From: a virus
Length of the DNA stretch: 64,000 nt
Strand: one strand, 5' to 3'
Virus record (IMG/VR): IMGVR_UViG_3300008110_000023
Coordinates: 21,027-85,026 of that record
The notes under the pieces are model-generated. The model was given only the letters and a program-made list of their open reading frames with translations, was not told the DNA's origin and did not search any database. Each line of letters opens with the position of its first letter. Position 1 is the first letter of the stretch. Of the stretch, positions 46,517 through 56,209 are shown in pieces. The position numbers and the translations under genes were made by a program.

Positions 46517-46745
46517 TCCTACTTTAAATAAGTTTATAAAACAATTATCAGATAAATACAAACTACCTGAGATAGTAATAGAGTTAATAGTACAAAGTCA
46601 ATTTACTTTTACTAGAGAAATAATTAAGAAAGGTGAACTTAAGAATGTAAGATTGCCTGACTTAGGTATATTTGCTATCTCAGAAAGAAAAGTAAATCAT
46701 TATAAAAGAAAGAAAGAAGAAGAGGAAAGTAATGAGACTATTTGA
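46509..46745 (+). CDS. HU/IHF-like DNA-binding protein
   Basis: Two N-terminal helices followed by VRLPDLGIF. Confidence 0.65.
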   Translation: MSDPTLNKFIKQLSDKYKLPEIVIELIVQSQFTFTREIIKKGELKNVRLPDLGIFAISERKVNHYKRKKEEEESNETI

Positions 46746-47280
46746 TTTAGTTAATAACCAACCTATAGTAAATGCAGAGTGTTTACTTATAGACCAATTT
46801 AATGCAATTGTACAAAGAGACAAAACCAAAGATAAAAGTATCTCTACTAAAGAACTTGCGTATGTATATTTTAGTACAGATTATAAGTCATTATATAAGA
46901 CATACCCTGAAGAAATAAGGAGTAAATCTATCATAGAAGATCTTAAGTTGCCTACCAGTTGGTTACCAGATGATGTAATCTACAAGGCTTGTGATAAATA
47001 CAAAGAGTTACAAAAAACTCCAACATTAGGATTCTTAGAAGATGCACTTAAAGGATTAGATGCTACACGTAAATACTTTGCTAATGTAGATTATACTTTA
47101 AAAGACAGAATGGGTAAACCTATTTATGATATTACTAAAGTAATGAATGCATTATCTAATTGTAGTAAAGTAGTAGACTCTGTAGAAAAACTAAAAGAAA
47201 AAGTAGAAAAAGAACAATCCATTAATGAGAACATTAGAGGTGGTGGACGTGGTGGTGAATTAGAATTTGATGGTATTTAA
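46732..47280 (+). CDS. Conserved crAss-like protein upstream of TerL (possible small terminase)
   Basis: Position; RDKTKDK...ELAYVYF..D..S and C-terminal RGG. Confidence 0.55.
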   Translation: MRLFDLVNNQPIVNAECLLIDQFNAIVQRDKTKDKSISTKELAYVYFSTDYKSLYKTYPEEIRSKSIIEDLKLPTSWLPDDVIYKACDKYKELQKTPTLGFLEDALKGLDATRKYFANVDYTLKDRMGKPIYDITKVMNALSNCSKVVDSVEKLKEKVEKEQSINENIRGGGRGGELEFDGI

Positions 47281-47282
47281 TT

Positions 47283-49295
47283 ATGAGATTTAATAAAGAC
47301 ATACTAGAGTTTACAGCTACACGTCAACACTTTGATGAGTTTGGTGTATACACTAAATTAGCTTTAAACACTACACAATGGAAAGCATTTTGGGCAGAAG
47401 AAAAGCGTAGATGTCTAGAAGGATATCATACAGGTTCTGACTTTATACCAGGATACTTTTACTTCTACCTTAACTATAGTAGAATTAGGTTAACTACACC
47501 AAAAGAAGGTAATCAAAATAGTGCTGCAGTAGATAGGATAGAAGCATTCCCTGAATTCTGGGATGGAGATTATGATTTCTTTCATTATTTAGATGAAGCA
47601 GAGAATAGTGGTAATCATGCTATGATGTTAGCGTCAAGGGGTAAAGGTAAATCATTTAAAGGTGGCAGTATGCTTAATAGAAACTACTTTCTTATACCTA
47701 ACTCTACTAGTTTTGCATTTGCTGCATCAGAACAATACCTTACTGGTGATGGTTTAATTACCAAAGCATGGAATATAATGGATTTTATTGACCAAAATAC
47801 ACCATGGGCTAAGAGAAGACAGTTTAAAAATACTGACTTACACAGAAGAGCTTCAGTACAATCTAATGAAAATGGTATTAAAACAGAGAAAGGTTTTAAA
47901 TCTGAGATAATTGGAGTAACAGTTGGAGATAATATCAACAAACTTAGGGGTAAAAGGGGTAAGTTAATGATACTAGAGGAGATAGGTTCCTTTCCTAAAT
48001 CACATACTGGTTGGAATATACTAAGACCTTCAGTAGAACAAGGTAATAAAACCTTTGGTTTATTACTAGCATTTGGTACAGGTGGTGAAGAAGGCGCTGC
48101 ATTTGATGGAGCAGAGGAGTTATTCAAGAATCCACAAGCATACAAGATACATCCAGTAACTAATAAGTGGGATGAAGGTATGGAAAGTACACAATGTTCT
48201 TACTTTTGGTCTGCAGCACAAAACTTTGCAGGAGCTTATGATAAATGGGGTAATTCTGACATACTTGTAGCTAAGAAACTTATAGAAGAAGACCGTGCTA
48301 ATGTAAAAAAAGGTTCTGACCCACATGCATTAACAAGAAGAATGGCTGAGTTACCTCTAAATCCTAGAGAAGCCATGATGAAAATCACTGGAACTCAATT
48401 TCCTGTAGCAGATATAAGAGCACAAGAAGCAGAAATAGAAAGTAAACCACATTTATACAAGAATGCAGACTATGTAGGTAGATTTGAGCTTAACCAAACT
48501 ACACAAAGGTTTGAATTTATATATGATAGTACCTTAACACCAATATATAAGTCAGGATTTGTAGATAATAAGAATAAACCTGGTGCAATTGTACTATATG
48601 AACTAGCAAAAACAGATGATCAAAAAGAAGTACCTACTAATAGGTATGTTGCAGGCATTGACTCCTATGACTTTGATGAAAGTACTACTAATTCCTTAGG
48701 AAGTTGCTTTGTATTTGATAGTTGGACTAAGCAATGTGTAGCAGAATACACTGGTAGACCAACAGCATTTGATTTCTATGAGAATTGTAGAAGATTATTA
48801 CTATATTACAATGCCAAAGTAAATATAGAGAATGCAAATAAGGGTATATTTGACTACTTTGACAACAAAAATTGTGGTTATTTAATCTGTGAAGAACCTA
48901 GAATAGCAAGAGAAGCTTTAGCAGAAACAGTAAAAGGCGGATCTAGAAGAAGAGGTACTACACCAAGTACTAGATTAAATGCTTATGCTAGAGGATTAAT
49001 AGCAAGATGGTTATTAGAACCTACTAATAATCCAGATAAACCAGAAGAAATGCAAGTACATAAGTTTAGATGTTTACCTGCATTACAAGAGTTGGCAGTA
49101 TGGAATATAGATGGTAACTTTGATAGGGTTTCTGCACTTGGTATGGCTATGTTGTTAATGCAAGATAGAGAAAAGTACAATGTAGAAACAATGTCAGTAA
49201 AAGAAAAGCCAGATCCATTTTGGGATAGGCATTTTAAAAAGAAAAGCTATAGTGGGTACAGAAATTTTTTAACTGACGGTGTACAATTTAAATAA
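47283..49295 (+). CDS. terL: Terminase large subunit
   Basis: SRGKGKS Walker A, LRGKRG, LEEIG Walker B, FGTGG; nuclease motifs AGIDSYD, IEN, NFDRVSA. Confidence 0.92.
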   Translation: MRFNKDILEFTATRQHFDEFGVYTKLALNTTQWKAFWAEEKRRCLEGYHTGSDFIPGYFYFYLNYSRIRLTTPKEGNQNSAAVDRIEAFPEFWDGDYDFFHYLDEAENSGNHAMMLASRGKGKSFKGGSMLNRNYFLIPNSTSFAFAASEQYLTGDGLITKAWNIMDFIDQNTPWAKRRQFKNTDLHRRASVQSNENGIKTEKGFKSEIIGVTVGDNINKLRGKRGKLMILEEIGSFPKSHTGWNILRPSVEQGNKTFGLLLAFGTGGEEGAAFDGAEELFKNPQAYKIHPVTNKWDEGMESTQCSYFWSAAQNFAGAYDKWGNSDILVAKKLIEEDRANVKKGSDPHALTRRMAELPLNPREAMMKITGTQFPVADIRAQEAEIESKPHLYKNADYVGRFELNQTTQRFEFIYDSTLTPIYKSGFVDNKNKPGAIVLYELAKTDDQKEVPTNRYVAGIDSYDFDESTTNSLGSCFVFDSWTKQCVAEYTGRPTAFDFYENCRRLLLYYNAKVNIENANKGIFDYFDNKNCGYLICEEPRIAREALAETVKGGSRRRGTTPSTRLNAYARGLIARWLLEPTNNPDKPEEMQVHKFRCLPALQELAVWNIDGNFDRVSALGMAMLLMQDREKYNVETMSVKEKPDPFWDRHFKKKSYSGYRNFLTDGVQFK

Positions 49296-49302
49296 ACATA
49301 AG

Positions 49303-49310
49303 TATATTTG
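49303..49310 (+). promoter_or_regulatory. -7 promoter element (TATATTTG) for portal
   Basis: TAnnTTTG match 32 nt before the ATG. Confidence 0.6.
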
Positions 49311-49334
49311 TTAATTCCATTTTAATATAAAAAA

Positions 49335-51821
49335 ATGTTTTTTAATACAACTAACGTACCAAGATATTTTCCCAGTCAAAAGAAGTCCACTAAAGAAAAA
49401 ACTGAAGAGTGGTGCAAACAATGCGTATTGGCTGGTGAGCAAATTCTGTTATATAGTGATCCTACTATTAGACAGACTAGATTAAATAAGAAAACTAATT
49501 ATAACTTATACAATGATATCTTAGATGTAGGTGATTTAGAAACTGTATTAAATCCTATGGGATTAGATAGAAATAGTTTCCCTGCTACTTTGAGAAATTA
49601 TCCTATAGCCAATCCTAAAATAAATAGGTTATCAGGAGAAGAGTTAACAAGACCATTTGACTTTAGAGTTATGGTACTTAATGAGGATGCTATCTCACAA
49701 AAAGAGCAAGAAAAGAAAGAAATTATAATGCAATCTTTGCAAAATATCTTATTAGCAGATATGCCAGAGTTGCAAGATCCAAAACAACAAGAAGCTTATA
49801 TACAAGAGAAATTAAAAGAAACTGAAAAGTATCTTAATTTTGAATGGCAAGAAAAAAGAGAACTAGGTGGTACATGGATATTACAACATTACTACTTAGA
49901 ATTAGACCTTAAGACAGCTTTCAATAGAGGTTTCCATGATGCATTAATTGCAGGAGAAGAAATCTATTGTATAGATGAAGTAAGTGGTGAACCCGTTGTC
50001 AGGAGATGTAATCCTTTAAATACATACGCACTAATGGAACCAGATACATTGTACTGGGATGAGGCAGATATGATATTAGAGGAAGGTTATAGAAGTATAG
50101 GTTATGTAATTGACTTATACCATGACTATCTTACTCCTGACAATATAGAATTTTTAGAGAAAGGTTATAAGTACCAATATTCACAGTATGGTACTCCTAA
50201 GTTTTCCACAGATGAATATCTACAAGCAATTGGTGAAACAAGAAACTTAATAGATATTGCAGATACAAGACCAGGTTTTGGAGGTATGTTTGATACAGAT
50301 GGTAACGTAAGAGTTATTAGACTTGTATGGAAATCCAGACGTAAAATAGGAAAGTTAAAGTACTATGATGAACAAGGAGAACCACAAGAAACTTGGGTAG
50401 ATGAATTATACAAAGCTGATAAATCATTAGGTGAAGAAATAGAATGGCTTTGGATAAATGAATATTGGGAAGGTACTAAGATAGCAAATGATATATTTGT
50501 TAAAATGCAACCTAGACCTATTCAGTTTAGAAGAATGTCTAATCCATCTAGATGTAAATCAGGTTATGTAGGAACACAATACATGACAGGTGTTGGTAAA
50601 GCAATGTCTTTAATGGATAGAATTAAACCTTATCAGTATTTGTATAATATATACATGTACAGACTAGAGTTATTATTTGCTAAAAATAAAGGTGTTATTG
50701 GTGAATTAGATTTAGCTAAAGTACCTGATGGTTGGGAAATAGATAAATGGATGCACTATGCTGAAGTACATGGTTGGGCTATTGTAGATTCTTTTAAAGA
50801 AGCTAAGAAAGGTGCCGCTACTGGTAAACTGGCAGGTAACTTTAATACTACAGGAAGAGTACTTAATATGGAAGTAGGACAATCAATCCAACAACATATT
50901 AATATGCTTGACTTTATTAAGAATGAGATAGGAGAGATTACAGGTATATCTAGACAAAGAGAAGGAGATATTGCTCAATCTGCAGGTTTAGGTACTACAC
51001 AACAAGCTATAATGAACTCTGCTCAGATTACAGAACCTTGGTTTTATTTACATGAAAGAACTAAGTTACGTGTAATGGATACTTTACTTGATACAGCTAA
51101 ATATTGTATTAGTACAGGTAAAGCTAAGAAGATGCAACATATTTTAGATGATATGACTATTGTAACTTACCAGTTAGATCCAGAACAGTTTTGTGAAGCA
51201 GAGTATGGTATAATGACAACTAACTCAGCTAATGATAGACAACTATATGAAGCACTTAAACAGTTAGCACATGCAGGTATACAAAATGATAAGATTAACT
51301 TTAGTCAGTTAATGGATATCTATACTACTACTAGCTTAAGTTCTATAAGACGTAAGATAGAAAAAGCAGAACAAGATAAACAAAAACTTGCTCAGCAAAA
51401 TGCAGAAGCAGATAGACAAACTCAATTAGAAGCACAAAAAATGCAGTCTGCAGAGAATGAAGCTGAGAGAGAAATGACTAGATATAAAATAGATTCTGAT
51501 AATGAGACAAGAATAAGAGTTGCTGAAATGCAAGTTTATTCACGTCAACAAGAATTAGATCAAAATAACAATGGTATTCCTGATCCTATGGAAATTGCAG
51601 GACAAGCAATGGAAGAAAGAAAATATGCTTCCAATGAGTTGTCTAATAACCTAGATAGAATACTTAAAGATAAAGAAATACAGAATAAATCTAATTTAGA
51701 AAAAGAAAAGTTAGCAACACAAAAAGAAATAGCTAAGATGAAAGCAGATGCTGAAAAATATAAAGCAGATAATGCACTTAAAATAGCTAAAGAGAATAAG
51801 AATAAATTTGACAAAAAGTAA
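49335..51821 (+). CDS. Portal protein
   Basis: Follows TerL; crAss-type portal features (YPIANPKIN.L.GEE, W.WINEYWEGTKI, GISRQREG, coiled-coil C-terminus). Confidence 0.85.
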   Translation: MFFNTTNVPRYFPSQKKSTKEKTEEWCKQCVLAGEQILLYSDPTIRQTRLNKKTNYNLYNDILDVGDLETVLNPMGLDRNSFPATLRNYPIANPKINRLSGEELTRPFDFRVMVLNEDAISQKEQEKKEIIMQSLQNILLADMPELQDPKQQEAYIQEKLKETEKYLNFEWQEKRELGGTWILQHYYLELDLKTAFNRGFHDALIAGEEIYCIDEVSGEPVVRRCNPLNTYALMEPDTLYWDEADMILEEGYRSIGYVIDLYHDYLTPDNIEFLEKGYKYQYSQYGTPKFSTDEYLQAIGETRNLIDIADTRPGFGGMFDTDGNVRVIRLVWKSRRKIGKLKYYDEQGEPQETWVDELYKADKSLGEEIEWLWINEYWEGTKIANDIFVKMQPRPIQFRRMSNPSRCKSGYVGTQYMTGVGKAMSLMDRIKPYQYLYNIYMYRLELLFAKNKGVIGELDLAKVPDGWEIDKWMHYAEVHGWAIVDSFKEAKKGAATGKLAGNFNTTGRVLNMEVGQSIQQHINMLDFIKNEIGEITGISRQREGDIAQSAGLGTTQQAIMNSAQITEPWFYLHERTKLRVMDTLLDTAKYCISTGKAKKMQHILDDMTIVTYQLDPEQFCEAEYGIMTTNSANDRQLYEALKQLAHAGIQNDKINFSQLMDIYTTTSLSSIRRKIEKAEQDKQKLAQQNAEADRQTQLEAQKMQSAENEAEREMTRYKIDSDNETRIRVAEMQVYSRQQELDQNNNGIPDPMEIAGQAMEERKYASNELSNNLDRILKDKEIQNKSNLEKEKLATQKEIAKMKADAEKYKADNALKIAKENKNKFDKK

Positions 51822-51860
51822 ACTTTAGCTATACTGAGTTTTAACTAAAGATTAAAAAGT

Positions 51861-51893
51861 TTTGTATATTTGTTTTATTAATACATAAATTTG
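51861..51893 (+). promoter_or_regulatory. Promoter for the capsid operon
   Basis: TTTG (51861-64) and TAAATTTG (51886-93). Confidence 0.6.
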
Positions 51894-51909
51894 TAAACAA
51901 TAAATTATT

Positions 51910-53079
51910 ATGAGTAAAGAATCAATATTTGAGGGGTTAGACATAGCAGCGTTAGGAACTAATAATGATGCACTTATAGACTTATCTAACACAGAGGGTA
52001 CTACAAATACTAGTACTTCAAATGAAGGAAATACAGAAGAAACTGGTAATTTAATAGACATCTCTGCCTTAGGTACAATACCTAAAGAAGATGAAACTGC
52101 AAAAATTACAGATAGTAATATCACTGATAGTGATGATACTACAGAGACTGCCATAGAAACAGAAGAAGCTGTTGACGCAGATAGTTCTGGAGAATTGTTT
52201 AAAGCATTTGGTTCTACATTAGTAGAAAAAGGTGTATTCTCAGAAGAATTGTTTAAAGATTTTGATGGTACTATTGATGGTTTAGTTACTGCAGTAGACA
52301 GAGAGATTGGTTATGGTATTGAATCTTATAAAGAATCTTTACCTGATGTTCTTAAGGAATTAATAGATAACTATGAAGAAGGTGTTCCTTTAGATCAGTT
52401 AATAGCTACTAAGTCAAGAGAGATTTCTTTTAATAATATTACTGATAGTAAATTAGAAGAAGATACTGAATTACAAAAAGAAATAGTAAGACAATATCTA
52501 GAATCAACTGGTCTTAAAGAAAATAAGATTAAAAAACTTATAGAGACTTATGAAGATACAGATGAATTATTTAGTGAAGCTAAAGATGCTCTTGGAGAAA
52601 TAAAAGATATTCTTAAAAAAGAAGAAGCTTATATTAAGAAACAACAAGAAGAAGAAAGAAAAGTAGCTGAACAAAGAACAAAAGAATTACTTAATACTGT
52701 AGAAACAACTATCAGCAAAACTGAAGAAATTGTGCCAGGTATTAAATTAAATGATAAAGTAAGAAAAGAAATATATAGTTCTATGACACAACCTACTGGC
52801 AGAGATGCAGAAGGTAATCCAATTAATAAAGTAATGGAGATTAGAGCTAAAGACCCTATTAAATTTGAAATGACATTACATTACTTAGCTTCATTAGGAA
52901 TATTTGAAGGTAAATGGGATAAAGTAATAAGTACTGCAAAGACTAGTAGTGTTAAAGAATTAGAGAAATTGATTAAATCAAATGATAATAAATTCAGTGG
53001 TTCTGGAAAAGCATCTATCCCAGCTTCTAAAAGCTCCACTGACTTATTGAGTGCAATAAAAAATAAATACAGTAAATAA
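51910..53079 (+). CDS. Acidic scaffolding-like protein
   Basis: Between portal and capsid; acidic and coiled-coil. Confidence 0.65.
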   Translation: MSKESIFEGLDIAALGTNNDALIDLSNTEGTTNTSTSNEGNTEETGNLIDISALGTIPKEDETAKITDSNITDSDDTTETAIETEEAVDADSSGELFKAFGSTLVEKGVFSEELFKDFDGTIDGLVTAVDREIGYGIESYKESLPDVLKELIDNYEEGVPLDQLIATKSREISFNNITDSKLEEDTELQKEIVRQYLESTGLKENKIKKLIETYEDTDELFSEAKDALGEIKDILKKEEAYIKKQQEEERKVAEQRTKELLNTVETTISKTEEIVPGIKLNDKVRKEIYSSMTQPTGRDAEGNPINKVMEIRAKDPIKFEMTLHYLASLGIFEGKWDKVISTAKTSSVKELEKLIKSNDNKFSGSGKASIPASKSSTDLLSAIKNKYSK

Positions 53080-53098
53080 CTAAAAAACAAACCTTAAA

Positions 53099-54550
53099 AT
53101 GCTAATATCAGAATTACAGATGTTTGAACCTAAGGATTTTTCTGGCCTAGTTACAGATAATCACTTAGGAGCTATGTACGCTACACAACCTATTGTAGTG
53201 TCAAATTTAATTGAACAAATTTACAAAGTTAACTTAGGAGAAGACTTATTGTCTTTTATGGACCAATTTTCTACTTTAGAAATTGATGATGATCTTCCTT
53301 TTGAGTGGTGGTTGCAAGGTGCTGAAAACAAAAACTATCCATTAGTATCAGCTACTTATACTGGTGTTAAACCAGGTATTGGTGTAACTAGATTTACATT
53401 AACTTTTGCTGAAAGAGCTTTTGAAGCTTCTGACGTTATAGTAGGTGAAGAAACTGAAACTTACTTTTTACGTGTTACTAAAGATCCAGAACCAAATGGT
53501 ACTAACTGGGATTTTGAAGTAGAATTAGTAACTGGTGATGTTAACTTGTTTATTCCAATTGAAGAACTTGCTGCTGGAAAAAGATTCTCTAAAGAGTATT
53601 CTTTAGTAGAACAAACTCTTTCTAAAAGAGGTGGAACTGTTTATCATACATCTCCTTTCAAAATGCAAAATACTTGTTCTTTTATCCGTAAGGAATATGA
53701 AGTACCAGGTAACATGATTAAAAAAGGTGTTAACAGACCATTGGCTTTTGCTTTCAAAGATGCTGCAGGTAAAACTCAAACTACTTGGATTAAAAAACTA
53801 GATTGGGATTTTATGAAAGAATTCCGTAGAGAAAAAGCTTTATTAGCTATGTACGGACAACCAAATAAAACTTCTCAAGGTACTTACTTGAATAAAGGTG
53901 AATCTGGATATGAGATCAGACAAGGTGCTGGTTTAATGGCACAAGTTGCTCCAGCTAACGTATACTACTACAATACTTTCTCTTTAGATTATTTATTTGA
54001 AGTATTAATGTCATTGTCAGTTGGTAAATTACCTGAAGATTCCCGTAAATTTGTACTAGGTACAGGTGAATATGGTTTTGTACAATTCCACAAAGCTGTA
54101 GATGCTAAAGGTGCTAACTTCTCTTACAACAACGCTGGTAACCGTATTACTGGAACTGGTGATAACCTAAGATTAGGAGGACAATTTAAGTCTTACGGTT
54201 TCTTAAATGGTATTGAAATTACCTTGATTAAAATACCTCATTTTGATGATATCACTAGGGAGAAAGCAATGCATCCAGAAGGTGGTACTGTAAAATCTAG
54301 AGAATATTTGATCATGGATTTTGGTACTCAATCAGGTGTTGATAACATTCAAAAAGTAGTTGTTAAAGGTGAAGCAGATATGTTCCGTTACCTACCAGGT
54401 TTAAGAGATCCATTCTCTGCTCAAGGTGGTTTAACTCCAGGTCTTACTGCATCTACTGTAGATGGTTACAAAGTAATGAAAGGCTCTATCATGGGTGTTA
54501 AAGTTCATAACCCAATGAGATTAGCTAGATTTATCCCAAACATTGGATAA
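53099..54550 (+). CDS. Major capsid protein (crAss-type HK97 fold)
   Basis: FSGLVTDNHLG N-terminus, G.GL..Q and TGE.G...FH motifs; size, synteny and optimised codons. Confidence 0.88.
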   Translation: MLISELQMFEPKDFSGLVTDNHLGAMYATQPIVVSNLIEQIYKVNLGEDLLSFMDQFSTLEIDDDLPFEWWLQGAENKNYPLVSATYTGVKPGIGVTRFTLTFAERAFEASDVIVGEETETYFLRVTKDPEPNGTNWDFEVELVTGDVNLFIPIEELAAGKRFSKEYSLVEQTLSKRGGTVYHTSPFKMQNTCSFIRKEYEVPGNMIKKGVNRPLAFAFKDAAGKTQTTWIKKLDWDFMKEFRREKALLAMYGQPNKTSQGTYLNKGESGYEIRQGAGLMAQVAPANVYYYNTFSLDYLFEVLMSLSVGKLPEDSRKFVLGTGEYGFVQFHKAVDAKGANFSYNNAGNRITGTGDNLRLGGQFKSYGFLNGIEITLIKIPHFDDITREKAMHPEGGTVKSREYLIMDFGTQSGVDNIQKVVVKGEADMFRYLPGLRDPFSAQGGLTPGLTASTVDGYKVMKGSIMGVKVHNPMRLARFIPNIG

Positions 54551-54581
54551 TAATTAATTAATAAAACAATAAAAGAAGATT

Positions 54582-55436
54582 ATGAGTGAAGTTGGATTTG
54601 AAAAAGGAAGTTCTATTCTCTTAAATAAAAAGGTTGATGTCAAGCCAATTATTAGAAATAATAGTTGGCTAGGCAAAGGCCATGATGGAGAATTCATGTA
54701 TACAGGTACTTTTAAAGGATTCTGTGTACCAATGGATAAAAACACTGGTCAACTAAAGCACTTCTTGAATAAAGATGAGCAAAAGTTCTTTGAAAAAGAA
54801 ATGGAATTACAAGAAGGTGCATTATCTTTCTATGATAAAAATAATGAATTTTGGAGTAGATTTGTAGTTAAAATAGATAAGAATGGTATTTCACTAGACT
54901 TAAATAATACACTAGACAATTTGAAATGGAGAATGCTTTTAGCTAATGTTAAGAAAATAGCTCCAAATCCAGAGTCTAGGTTTGACTTACCTACTTATGA
55001 ATTCATGATAGTAGATAGAGACTATGAAGTTGAAGAAAGAGTTAAGAAATCATCTAGGGTAAAAGAAGCTTATAGAGCTTTTGGTAAACTAGAAGTATCT
55101 GAAACTAAAATGAAAGACTTCTTAAGAGTATATGGTAAAAGACCTTCAGCAAATGCAACTAGAGAATTCTTAATCTCTGAAATAGATAGAATTATTGAAG
55201 CTGATACAGATGGTTTCTTGAATATTACTGAAGATCAAAACTATGAACTTAAATTGTTTATAGAAGATGCAATTGATGCTAAAGCAATTATTAAATCTGG
55301 TAAAACAGGTTACGCACTTCCAGGTGGAGACATCATAGGAAATACACAAGCAGCAGCATTAACTTGGTTAAAAGATCCTAGGAATTCTGAAGAGAAATTA
55401 ACTATACAAGCTAAAGTAGACAAATTTAAAAAATAA
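54582..55436 (+). CDS. Conserved crAss-like protein downstream of the capsid gene
   Basis: Synteny. Confidence 0.65.
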   Translation: MSEVGFEKGSSILLNKKVDVKPIIRNNSWLGKGHDGEFMYTGTFKGFCVPMDKNTGQLKHFLNKDEQKFFEKEMELQEGALSFYDKNNEFWSRFVVKIDKNGISLDLNNTLDNLKWRMLLANVKKIAPNPESRFDLPTYEFMIVDRDYEVEERVKKSSRVKEAYRAFGKLEVSETKMKDFLRVYGKRPSANATREFLISEIDRIIEADTDGFLNITEDQNYELKLFIEDAIDAKAIIKSGKTGYALPGGDIIGNTQAAALTWLKDPRNSEEKLTIQAKVDKFKK

Positions 55437-55440
55437 CTAA

Positions 55441-56175
55441 ATGACTAATCAACAGTTCTTTGACCTTTTTCAATTTAGAATGGATAAAATAGCTACACTA
55501 GCTTTGGGTTCTTTTACGCAAGTAGAAGTAACTGCCTTAGCTAATGAAGCTCAAGAAGAACTTGTATTACAAAGATTTGATCACAAGTTAAATAAAATAA
55601 ATGAAGGATTTGAGTCCACTGAAAAGAGGGCCCAAGATTTGGCAGAGTTGGTAAGATACAAAAATATCACTACCTTTACTAACGGATTTTTTCCAAATAG
55701 TAAGTATGCTGCTCTGCCAGATACTCTTCTTAATAATGTGACTGATTATTCTGACGTTCATTGGTTTACTATATTTGAAGATGCTACTGTAAACTTAGAT
55801 GATTGTGGTAAAGTTACTACAGACCCAACTAAGTATACTAATATACCAGTATACAGAGCACCTAACCAAGCTTTAAACACTTTCTTTTCAGATCCTTTTA
55901 ATAAGCCTACAAAAGATAGAGTTTATAGATTAACAACAGAAGGTCATAAATGTTTACTACTTCATGCATCTGGATTATCTTTAATATCTTATAATATAGG
56001 ATATGTAAGAAAACCTAAGCCAATTGATTTAGTAACTGGAGTTACATTAAATGAAGCAGTTTCTGAACTTTCAGACCATATGCATAATCAACTACTAAAT
56101 AAAACAGTAGAATTAGCATTGAAAAATATTGAAAGTGATAGATTTAATACAGAATATCAAATTAGTAAACATTAA
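55441..56175 (+). CDS. Probable head-tail connector / ring protein
   Basis: MT...F......DK, L.N.AQ, GFE..EKR..DL..LV, YVRKP..I, ELS...H motifs. Confidence 0.65.
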   Translation: MTNQQFFDLFQFRMDKIATLALGSFTQVEVTALANEAQEELVLQRFDHKLNKINEGFESTEKRAQDLAELVRYKNITTFTNGFFPNSKYAALPDTLLNNVTDYSDVHWFTIFEDATVNLDDCGKVTTDPTKYTNIPVYRAPNQALNTFFSDPFNKPTKDRVYRLTTEGHKCLLLHASGLSLISYNIGYVRKPKPIDLVTGVTLNEAVSELSDHMHNQLLNKTVELALKNIESDRFNTEYQISKH

Positions 56176-56209
56176 CAATTAATAATAAATCAATTAAACA
56201 AATAATAAA

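Noticed and set aside
33639-54550. Introns or inteins in polA, terL, portal or capsid genes
   Set aside because: The ORFs are continuous and of normal size, with no intein or homing-endonuclease motifs.
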